Part shown: positions 38,271 through 49,063 of the stretch, piece by piece
Layout of the letters: each line of letters starts with the position of its first letter
Position numbering within the stretch: the first letter of the stretch is position 1
Assembly: GCA_001938485.1 (NCBI GenBank)
Contig: MQRK01229288.1
Location: 1 to 53,602 of the forward strand
Reading direction: 5' to 3'
Source of the DNA: Girardia tigrina
Taxonomy: Eukaryota
Length of the DNA stretch: 53,602 nucleotides
Position numbers and translations under genes: made by a program
Notes under the pieces: model-generated
What the model was told of the DNA's origin: nothing
The model's database searches: none
Seen by the model: only the letters and a program-made list of their open reading frames with translations

Positions 38271-39207
38271 AAAGGACCGAATTCGTTCTGCTCTCAAAAA
38301 TAAGGTTAAACACACAAAATACTAAATATACACTTTTTTTCGGGATTTATGTGCCAGTTATGACAGGTTTTGATAAAATTGTGTCTTATTATAATGTTCT
38401 AATAAAATCTTTAGCTTATAAACCAGATTAACTTGCAATCCAAAAAACTGTTTTCGATTTATTTGAGAGGAAACCTTTTGAGAGAATGTGACATAGACTA
38501 CATTGGTACTACTTATCGTTCTTGAAATACTCTTCTTAAAGGCTCCAAAATCCTTCAGAATATTTTATTTTAATGATTTGTTTATATTTGTAATGAAAAG
38601 AAGAAATCGTGGTGGGTTTTTCTCTTGCATTAACCTTATAGAATAATTAGACAAAGAGATGAGTAATTTTTATTTAGCAACACAATAGACACCAGATTGT
38701 TAATGAATATAATTTATTGTCAAATAATTCGACGGCAATAAGTATTTTTCTGGACAAGTCCAAATTAGTGTTACCAAAATTTTCAAATGGAATTTTTTAT
38801 GCAAATGCTGATTTCCCTGTTTAGTCTGTTACTAAAAATTTGTCAGGTGAACTCGCAATGCAAGTGGTTTAGGTGCCGGTAGTTTGATGGAAATTCATCG
38901 GCCTGAGTGCTATGTAAGACGAATTTCCAGTTCCGGCTAAACCAGAAAGCTCGAAAAATGGATATTGATTCGGTTGGATGCGTCACAGGAAAACAATCGA
39001 GAAATTAGCTTGTAGATTTTTCCAATGTGACTCAAATCAGCGGACTTTGATTAACCAGAATACTTAGACATTGAATAAGAACAATTTAATTATATTATTT
39101 TGTGTATGATGTTACATCATGTTCTGTTGTTAGCAATTATCAAATAATTTTTTGACTTCTTTTCTAAAGTTGTACAATGAAGAGTTAGAGTTAAAGTTGC
39201 TTTTTAA

Positions 39208-39445
39208 CACGTTCAAGACTAGGACGTGTACTACACGTCAAGATCTAACCAGTATATTTAAACGTTGCATTCACATTTTCATTGGGCTTAACTAACGGAT
39301 GACGTGTAGTACTTGTCATCAATTCTATTAGACCACATTATGTGATAAATGCAAGGTTCTTTATATTTTTATGTGCGTGACGTGTTATACACAGCATCCG
39401 TCACAATAGCCCATGGTGTCAGTACGACGAGCCGTCGTGAACTGG
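39208..39445. mobile_element. piggyBac-type MITE
   Basis: TTAA|CACGTTCA ... TGAACTGG|TTAA with repeated subterminal palindromes (GACGTGTACTACACGTC). Confidence 0.75.
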
Positions 39446-41278
39446 TTAAATAATCGAACGTTCGAATCTTTGGAGTTAGAAAGATTAATAGAAATATTTT
39501 TGGATTTCTGTGATAGCGTACATACATAAATTAAACGAAGCTTGAAATCGCTGCACTTTAAGCATTTTTGGGTTCTTGATCAAGATTAGAATTCATTAAG
39601 ACCAAAATTTTATTTCTATAACAATAACAATTTTTAAACAATTTTTCTTGAAGAACTTTTCTTTTATTTTCTTTTGACCAGATTAATTATACATAAAAAT
39701 ACTGGATTATAATACTGATAAGTTATTTATTAAATACGTTAATTAAAAATTGAATTTATTATTTTTTTTATTACGTTACTTTATAGGTTAACATTTTAAT
39801 ATTTTATAAAAAATCATTTACATATCTTATAAAAATCTACATAATTACTGTTTTATTTTGAAATCATTTTTAAACGAATTTTAGTTAAGTTACAAATATT
39901 TCTAGTAATTTAAAATTATTTAGATGCTATTATTTCAATATTATTTATTTAAAACCATTTACCTTAAATATAATTTTAGATCTTTAAAATATTTGAATAG
40001 TACATCTACTGTTAAAATTAAATTTCCAAACAATTTTTATTCTTCGTTAATTGTTTAAAACTTTCAACTATAATTATTTTTAATACAAATTTAATACAAT
40101 TTTAATTGTAATAAAACATGATTTTTTATTTTACAACTTAATTTTCAAAAAAACATAAATTATAAATAGTTTTTAATAAAAATTTTGGTCTACAATTAAT
40201 TGTAATAAAACATTATGATTTTTTTTATTCTACAACTTAATTTTATTTACAATGTTTGTTTACTCCCAACCATTTATTTAAAAAAGTCTTGTAAAAAAAA
40301 TTAAAATTTAATTACAATTTTTATTATTCATCCGAAATATTTATTTTAAAAGAAATTATATAAATAAATTATTTGAACTTATTTAATCATAAATATATTA
40401 CAAATTAATTATTCAAAAATTTAAGTCACCAAAAAACCCCTAACAATCAGCATTATGAAACTTCCAACATCGAGATGGAGAATATTCCGACAACATTCAC
40501 AAATCCGTAGCTGCAATTTGATGGTTTTTGTCTGATAAGATTGCGGTATTTGACGGAGAATGTCATTCCCATTGTCGCATGAATCACGATGGTAACGAGA
40601 ATGTCGCGACACTTAAATTCCAAAAATCCAAACAGAGAAATTTGACGTTATCTGCAGGTTACCATTAAATTTTCAAAGAAAGAACGAATAAATCCACGCA
40701 TTTGATTATTTCATTTTATATTATCGAATCGATCGATAATAATTAATTTTTTTATATTACGTATATTTAGTAGTTGGTGGGGAATCCGTGTCTCCACACT
40801 GTCATTTTGCAGAGAGAACTGCCTTTCAACATTATCATTATTAAATTCAGCGCATCCAGCGCGTCGCCTTCAGCGTATTCGGCTTGCAACAACGCGATAT
40901 AATTTTCCCATTTATTACCGATTACTTTTCCGTAAGTAAAAATTCGTATCGGAATAATCATGCTTGAAATTTTTATTTTTAAATTGAACACTTTTTATTT
41001 TTACAATATTCTATGTTTATTCTTCTGATCAACAATACTTCTTGTTCAGAAAATTTATTAATCGCTTTAAAAGAAAACTTTCCTCAAAATTATAAACGTT
41101 CACTTAAAACAAAGCCGAACAAATTTTGTTTTTTGAAAAATTTTATTAAACTTGACAATTGAAAAATTGGAATTGCATTTGAAATTGTCACTTCTTTTTT
41201 AAAACAAACTTGAAAATTGTGACAAAGTCACGTATACATTTTTTAAAAAAGATATAAACACACACACAACCAATCATT

Positions 41279-41678
41279 NNNNNNNNNNNNNNNNNNNNNN
41301 NNNNNNNNNNNNNNNNNNNNNNNNNNNNNNNNNNNNNNNNNNNNNNNNNNNNNNNNNNNNNNNNNNNNNNNNNNNNNNNNNNNNNNNNNNNNNNNNNNNN
41401 NNNNNNNNNNNNNNNNNNNNNNNNNNNNNNNNNNNNNNNNNNNNNNNNNNNNNNNNNNNNNNNNNNNNNNNNNNNNNNNNNNNNNNNNNNNNNNNNNNNN
41501 NNNNNNNNNNNNNNNNNNNNNNNNNNNNNNNNNNNNNNNNNNNNNNNNNNNNNNNNNNNNNNNNNNNNNNNNNNNNNNNNNNNNNNNNNNNNNNNNNNNN
41601 NNNNNNNNNNNNNNNNNNNNNNNNNNNNNNNNNNNNNNNNNNNNNNNNNNNNNNNNNNNNNNNNNNNNNNNNNNNNNN
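41279..41678. other. Assembly gap (N run)
   Basis: Run of N. Confidence 1.
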
Positions 41679-42039
41679 TCGTCTTTTATAAAAAATAAAA
41701 AACTGTTGTTTTGATTGCACTTTTCTTTGGGACTAAATAGGACAATCGATATCGATCACTAATTACTAGACACACTGTCGATATCGGAATTATCTTCTAT
41801 TTTTAAAAGATTTTAAATAATTTTCGAAAAATTAAAAAATCTAAGTTTAGTTATTTATTTTTTTTTTAATTCAATTTGTTTTATTTAATTTAATTAATTT
41901 ATTTAATTACTTTATTTAAATTGTTATTTAATTTATTTATATTACTTTTCCCGAACTGGCAAAATAAATGTTCGGTCAAATTAGCAATTTTCCGCTCCAG
42001 TAGTAGGTTACTACAGTATTCTTCAGAATTTTCTGCTTT

Positions 42040-42290
42040 AAATTATTTTTTATCTTGTGTATCTGTACATAATTTGTCTAATGTTACCCTAATGTTGTGT
42101 TCTATTTGCTTGTTTGTATACATATTGTCCCTCAAGCGCCTTCTAAGAATATTTAAACCCAGATTTGCAATATCAAACCTGGACGAGAAATTCCAAACTC
42201 AGTGAACAAGGTCTTTTATCATACTAATTCTATATTTTTCCTCAGAAAACTCTGTTTTATTGTGTAAAGACCTGTATCTGTTGCATGCCT
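42040..42290 (-). pseudogene. Penelope-like RT thumb fragment
   Basis: RHATDTGLYT..EEKYRISMIKDLVH*VWNFSSRFDIANLGL aligns with KSTDTGLH..KYSRIMVNGLVHREWNLS in ORF 47423. Confidence 0.75.
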
Positions 42291-42355
42291 GCCTTTAAAA
42301 TCATATTATTAAAAACAATTGAAATATTCAAATATACAAATAATAAATTTTCAAA

Positions 42356-42398
42356 TATTGCTGATGATGATGAATGAAATATCGAAACATGTTCAATA
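42356..42398 (+). ncRNA. Minimal type I hammerhead ribozyme, intact core
   Basis: TATTG-CTGATGA-T-GAT GAATGAAAT ATC-GAAA-CATG-TT-CAATA: 5-bp stem I, 3-bp stem II, palindromic loop 3. Confidence 0.85.
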
Positions 42399-42464
42399 AT
42401 TATGTAAAAGAAGCTTTAATCAAATTACATTTTCAAAATATGAAGTTTGTGTTCACAAGACTCC

Positions 42465-42465
<1 letters not shown>

Positions 42466-42515
<50 letters not shown>
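42466..42515. repeat. (TA)n microsatellite abutting the PLE pLTR
   Basis: TA run. Confidence 0.95.
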
Positions 42516-42518
<3 letters not shown>

Positions 42519-42899
42519 CGTATTTTATTATAATAAATATTCATTTCTACAAAATACGACAAACTGAAATATAATATCGAATCAAACAATATATTAATAT
42601 ATCACATTTCATAATAATTATCTGAAATGAATTATTATTAATCATTGATATTCTTTTTTTATTATTCTTACTTTCAATAATATTCTAATTATTTATATAG
42701 ATGATTTATTATTTATAATATTATTATTAGAATCATTAATTATTTCCTAATTAGAATTAATCAACAAAATGAAGTGTTGTTGCATAAATCTAGAAAAAGG
42801 GAACCTTTATATACTGGTAACAAATTTTCTTATCATAAACCCTTTAGGGAGTGATGGCGCGTTAAAAAGTCATTGAAAACTTCTATTATCTGACGCAAG

Positions 42900-43380
42900 T
42901 GTATTCGATTTGTTTCTGAGTTTGTTTAACGTGCTCACTTAATTTTAAAAGTCTGTATAATATTATGTTGCTCTCTCTCTTTTATCATGCATGGGCTTTA
43001 AATATTAACTATTTTTTATGATTTATAAAGCTTTTGATTTTATAAAACGACTTAGCTCAGGTTGCTTAGATTTCATAGTTTCTAGTTCATCATTGAAGAA
43101 TTCATATCAAAGCGGCCACAAGTTAAAGATAGACGATCAACTAATTATCCGTTGTTTATTAGTGTTTACAATTTATCGATTGTATATCTGTAGAAAATGT
43201 CATGAAAAGATGTTTCTTTTGAAATAAAACAGTAAAACGAGTCAAAAAACGAAGCAACTGAAAGTTTTATAGCATAAATTGTGGTATTCCACTCTCTAAT
43301 TATGATTGTGAAAACTACACTGCAATGAAACACTAATCTACAACAAGTGATAATTTTATTCAAAATAAGTCATTTCTGAA
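42900..43380 (-). pseudogene. Possible MULE transposase remnant
   Basis: C..VFH motif and YEFFNDELETMKSKQPELSRFIK resemble the E.FN..HP.L..FI pattern. Very degraded. Confidence 0.3.
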
Positions 43381-43394
43381 AGGTTTAAGAAAAC

Positions 43395-44119
43395 GGTGCC
43401 CAGACACCTCAACACATGACATTTTATCATATGACATTTCTCCAGATCCAAATCATCATACGATATTTCATCATACCAAAATTTCATTCTATAGAAAAGA
43501 AAAAAATAAAAATCTATTGACTTTTTGACCAACCCAATATAATCAAAGAATTAAAACATGAATTTAAAATAAACAATTAATTATAATTTAACTTTAAATA
43601 ATTAATATATTAATTTAAGATAACCAATGAAACTTTAAAAATAATTAAAAAGATATTAAATATTTTGTTTGAAAGTTCGTTACTTAAAATATTATAAATT
43701 TTATTATATTAAATATTCACATCAGAACATATTGGAAACGGCTTTTAGAAATTATAGTCGATTTACTGTTTCATAGTTGTTAATCATCATCTCTAACCTG
43801 GCCTTCAGTTGACGATATTTTTTCTTTGGTGGTTTTTCATGTCCGGATCGAAAATGGAGATATAAGGCATTTTTAAATTCAATTTCTTTTAATAAATCCG
43901 TCGAGAAATTTCCAGATTGTTGGATGCGTAAATTGAAATAAAGATTGCAAGCTAAAATGCCAAACTTCGACCGCGTTTGTTGTTCTTGATAAACCATCAA
44001 ATATTGCTTCATGATGATTCGGTTTGATAAAATGTCATATGATGAAATGTCGGTTTGATAAAATGTCATATGATGAGTTGGATCTGATGAAATGTCATAT
44101 GTTGAGGTGTCATGGAACC
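43395..44119 (-). mobile_element. MULE/Mutator deletion derivative
   Basis: TIRs GGTGCCCAGACACCTCAAC.. / ..GTTGAGGTGTCATGGAACC built of repeated ATGACATTT units. Flanks AAGAAAAC/AAGGAAAC (7/8 target duplication). Internal HEAIFDGLSRTTNAVEVWH..HPTIWKFL and PPKKKYRQL. Confidence 0.85.
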
Positions 44120-44509
44120 AAGGAAACAAGGTATGTATATATATAAACAGTTTTTTACATTTCAATTTAAACTAAAACTTATTACTATACAAACTTTCTT
44201 TTTTTTAAAAAAATATGTACAAAAAATTTAAAAAATATTTCTCTTAATGTTTTTTTTAAATAAATAAATTATCGAACACGTTTGAAAGTTTCATACTCCA
44301 CCATTAACAATTATAATTTAATATGTAAAGTTTCATAAAATGATAGTTTTAAGACAATAATTTTTTAATTTATTTTAATAATTAAAGATATTATTAGAAA
44401 AAATATATTTTTAAATTTAATTAAAGACATTAAGATTTTTTTAAAGAATTTAAAAATAAATGTCAATTTATAATCTTGATTAAAAACTGAACGCTATTTT
44501 TAAAAATTT

Positions 44510-44554
44510 ATTGTACTTAATTTCAGCGGATTACCCGCTATCTACAGACTAAAT
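44510..44554 (-). ncRNA. Degenerate minimal hammerhead ribozyme
   Basis: ATTTAGT-CTGTAGA-T-AGCGG GTAAT CCGCT-GAAA-TTAA-GT-ACAAT. Homologous to the 23024 motif; core and cleavage site mutated. Confidence 0.7.
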
Positions 44555-45100
44555 TAACATTAGTTTTCGAAGCTTATGTATGAGAATGGTGATTACATAA
44601 TCTATTACGTAATAAAGAATCTATTTGAAAATGTTTAACAGAGAAGTTGTTTGGGAAGCTTGAATAGTAATTTTTGGATCCATAGATATTATTAATAAGG
44701 CCTCGCACGTTATTCTCTACCAGTAATTTTTAAATCGATTACACAGAAGTTGAAAATCATTTTCTTCGATTTTCTTTTTACATTTTAAATTGTGTTCAGC
44801 AATATTACTCCTCTTTGATCCGTTTGCAATGATGACGAAATGTCTCTCCATTATATGTGGCGTTATATGCAAAGTAAATTGTAATTTGGTTATATAAAGT
44901 TTTCTAATTTCTACTAATTTTTAAAAAATTGTGAATCTTGTTTTTTTTCTAATATAATAATTGGTAATATGCGGTAATTTCTCTAAAATTCCATTTAGTC
45001 TATCATTAAGAAAGATTTCTTTCTTCCAAATATTTCGTTGCATATCAAAAGATATTTATTAACTTCTGTCAATTATTGTTCTAGACTTATGAGATAAATA
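44510..45100 (-). mobile_element. Penelope-like element 3' end (GIY-YIG plus pLTR)
   Basis: NATYNGETFRHHCKRI..SNIAEH..NYW*RITCEALLIISMDPKITIQ..LLNIFK* (stop 44621-44623). Confidence 0.82.
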
Positions 45101-45989
45101 CATTAAATAATTATGTCTACACATAAAAGAAAATGTCAATAGATATTAGAAAATATATATAAAATATAAATATAAAAAAAATTAATTAAACAATATTGTT
45201 AGATGTGTTTCGAGTATCTCTCAAATTATCGATTTTAAAAGACAACATCAAATTTCAAATTTTTATTAATCCAAAAATGCACTAATACACTTTATTTAAA
45301 CAAATTTAATCGAAATTAAATCCATTTATTATTAATTCATTCAATTGTTAACTATTTGTTTAATACATTTCAAACCGGTATAATAAAAATAAATATAGTA
45401 TTAATAATTCATTTGACTTTATTTTAATTTCCAACAATTAAATAATTTCATTTTCTTTTAATAAACTTCTGAAATTTTATCATGCTTCACATAAACTTTA
45501 TTTTACTATTTGATTTTTTTTAAATTTAATATTTTACTTTTAATTCAACTATTGTTTCAAAACTTTTTAAAACATTTTGTTGTAAAGTTCCTAACAAACA
45601 TAATTAAATATATTAAACAGAACTAATACAGTAATCCTTGAGAAATCTTGGGATTTAAAACTGCTTCATTAAAATAACTGAACAATAACATTTTTTATAA
45701 ATATATCTAATTTTCAGGTATATGTAATTATTTATAAATACTTATTAAATGCTGAATACTTTTAGTTTCCATTTTTACCCACCCTACAGACGCAGAAATA
45801 AACAGTAATTCGCTTTTTCAAAATTTTCTCGTCATGTCTATTTTTACATTTTATTAATCCGAACAAATGATTTTTAAACAGAAAGTTAGAGATTTAGTGT
45901 TCAATACAATTTAGTGTTCCATGGAATCAGATCATCATTTAAAAACTCTCAATAAAGTTGGAGAGTGTAGTTTGGACTTTAATTTTAAT

Positions 45990-46490
45990 ATCCAAAGACT
46001 TTATAATTACAGTTTCTTGAGCTTCCACTTCCTCCCAATAATTCTTAAATTGAATTAAAAAATTTTTAATTCCTAAAAATATTTAAGTCTTGCACCACCT
46101 CTTTTAATTCTGCTTTTGATGTATAATGTATATCTTGTAGATGTTTATTGAGATACAGAAACAAATAAAAATCCCTAAAAAATGTGATAAGGGCTGTGCA
46201 AAGCCAGTTTCATTATTTAGCTTGTAGAGAATGTACTTATGTATTTTGGAGCATTATCCTGGAGAAAATAGAAATTGTATTTGCGAGATTTTTGTCTGAA
46301 CATCCTGGCTTTAAGGACTTGCTCAATATAGTAACAAGAGTTAATTTTCACACTCTGGTCAGCAAAATCTATTTAACCACATCATGGAAATCCCAAAAAA
46401 TCGTTAGCATGAGATATTTCTGGTCAAAAGTTGATGCTTGTAGATTCTTGATGCTCATCTAATTTAGGAAGGTCGACCCCTAGATCCTGT
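45990..46490 (-). pseudogene. mariner transposase remnant
   Basis: LMLTIFWD..KINSCYYIEQV..FLQDNAP..DFYLFLYLNKHL..KAELKEVV. Confidence 0.75.
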
Positions 46491-47161
46491 TTACTTACAA
46501 AATATTGATAATTAAAAGTGTACAGCGTAGTGCTAGTACTAAATTCATAATGTGTATAATAAATATTTGAATATGATATATATTTTAATGAAGTATTTCT
46601 TGCGAATCTTAGTACTTATTGGGCATACCAAATACTGACTATTATTAATATTTTATTTACAAATTTATTTTAGGAATTATGGAATAAGGTTTAAATATGA
46701 GTATTAGAATTACTTAATATTTCTAAGTTAACTTTAGTAAATTTCGTTTTGAAAATAATAAGTTTTAACTGAGAAAAGATGTCAAAAATTAAAAATTGTT
46801 TAATTATTCATAGTTTCTTTTCATTATTTTTAGTTTCCTTTGTTCAGCTTTTACTATTTAAATGTCACAATTTGAACGTGTTATTTAAACTCCAAAAGCA
46901 AAGTGAATTCAATTTCCCTTTAATATTGAGATATTTCAGCCATAGGCAAATAAATAAATTACGAAAACGATTTAATATATTTCATAAAAAAATTATTTAT
47001 AAAATAAAATTATAAAAGTTTTAATATAAAAAAAAGAAAATAATACCAGAAAAAATATTTTTGAAAAACATTGAAGTCATATATTATATTAAAAAGAAAA
47101 TTATAATAATAACTATATAAATTTATTTTATTATTTTTAAATACAAATGATTTATAACACA

Positions 47162-47164
<3 letters not shown>

Positions 47165-47197
<33 letters not shown>

Positions 47198-47295
47198 NNN
47201 NNNNNNNNNNNNNNNNNNNNNNNNNNNNNNNNNNNNNNNNNNNNNNNATATATATATATATATATATAACAAAAAATATATATATATATATATAT
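47165..47295. repeat. (TA)n microsatellite containing an assembly gap (47198-47247)
   Basis: TA runs on both sides of an N run. Confidence 0.95.
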
Positions 47296-48600
47296 CCCCT
47301 ACCACCATTAATGGCGGCAATTTCCTTACAGAAGTCAATTACCCTTACTCTACACGAGATATGTAGACGATATATTTCTCATTTTCCAAAATAAGGGTGA
47401 TATTGAGGAGTTTTTAAAATTTATGAATGGGTTACATCCAAACACGAAATACACTTTTGAAATAGAAAAATCTAACAGTATTTCATTTCTGGACGTCCTC
47501 ATAAAAAGACCATCGATGAACTACAGGACACAGGTCTTTCGAAAATCCACTGATACTGGATTACACAGTGGTCCCAAAAACTTTTGTGACCCTAAGTATA
47601 GCAGAATTATGGTAAATGGACTAGTGCATAGAGAATGGAATTTATCTTTCTCATATGGGAATGTGGACTATGGTTTAAACGACCTTCAAAATAATTTAGA
47701 AAAGAATAGCTACAATAAAAATTATGTAAATAAGCTAATTAAAGATGCCATTGACTCCATATTTAGGAAAACAAATAATAAAAGTCACCACATAATCGAA
47801 GTTCCAAATACCACTGAGAATTTGTTAAACATCACCTTAAAGATACCATTTCTGAGGGAGCAAAAGATTTCAAAAATTCATTAATGAAAAGAACTCCTTC
47901 AATTTTTAAATTGAGGGTAATTTTTACCACAAATAAAGTTTCTGGTTTCTTTTCTAATAAATCAAAAACTCCATTGAGTGTGCAAGCAAATATAGTATAT
48001 CAGTTTAAATGTCACAAGTGCGAAGCCTTGTACATTGGAGAGACAAACCGTCATCTTCGAACTAGAATAGCTGAACATACTCAATCGAGTCGAAACAGTT
48101 CCATTCTTAATCATATATTGAATTGTAGGGATCGAGAAAATATAGGGAGTGATAAGGAATTTAGTGTTTTATGTAAAAATTTTGACAGTTATAAGGAGAG
48201 GATAATCACTGAAGCATTGTTAATTAAGCATTATAAACCATGCTTAAATGTTCAAAGTGATTCCTCAAATTATATTAAAATATTTTAATTCTTGGTTTTT
48301 TTTGTCTTCTGTTTCTTCTAAGTTTTCTTCTTTTTTGTCTCTTTTTTTTGAATAAAAAATTAAAATTTTGAATATTGATTTTTTAGAAGTTTTTTCTTGT
48401 TAATTTTTTTTAATTAAAGTAAATAAAAAAAAGCCTTAAATTGAGTAATATTGCGTAACAGTCTACCGCTATATAAAAAGGACTTAAATCTGAAATTTAA
48501 ATTAGTCAACTAAAGATGCCAATATGGAGAAACTAGTATTGAAAAATAAATTTTTGGAAAAATGGCTAATTTTTGTTTTATTAACCCGATTGCCATTGGA
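47296..48600 (+). mobile_element. Penelope-like element, 5'-truncated (RT YVDD, thumb, GIY-YIG, pLTR)
   Basis: LYTRYVDDIFLIF at ~47350; ORF 47423-47884 (SFLDVLI, FRKSTDTG); ORF 47884-48288 (IVYQFKC..LYIGETNRHLRTRIAEH..EALLIK..LN). Confidence 0.95.
48506..48542 (+). ncRNA. Degenerate minimal hammerhead ribozyme
   Basis: TCAA-CTAAAGA-T-GCC AATAT GGA-GAAA-CTAG-TA-TTGA. Stem I TCAA/TTGA; core G5 mutated. Confidence 0.7.
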
Positions 48601-49063
48601 ATTAATTGATAATTAATAATTAATAAATACAATATATATTTATTTTTCTGTCTTATCCTCAATGCAAGTTATGCCTGTCCAATCCAATGGGATTCCCATG
48701 AAAATGACATTCTTTTGAACTAGCTTACATATAACATTTTGCTGCCTAATTCTTTGCTCTACAACCTTTTTTTCAGTTACGTCACACTATTATAATTTAA
48801 GTTTCTTGTGAAGCACCAAAATGTAATTTTATATAATACAAGGCCAGTTGTATTTATCAGCTCATGTGTCCCACACAAAATAAATAATAAATAAAAGTAT
48901 AAAAAATGAGGTGCACAATTCTCTTGAAAGGTAATAAAATATAAAATAAGGATAGCTCTGACATAGCTACTGTTTCAAGGGAAATATAAATGCGTGCTGT
49001 CCTATACTATCCCATCCTCACATTTCCCATGAGAATAATATTCCTTTAAAAACAAAATATAAT

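Noticed and set aside
41274-41720. ORFs spanning N runs (also 16751 and 47123)
   Set aside because: Artefacts of assembly gaps.
43395-44119. Regularly spaced short repeats as a CRISPR array
   Set aside because: They are subterminal units of MULE TIRs, with no unique spacers or cas genes.
44525-44552. AGCGG/CCGCT hairpin as a Helitron 3' end
   Set aside because: Better explained as hammerhead stem II on the minus strand downstream of a PLE.
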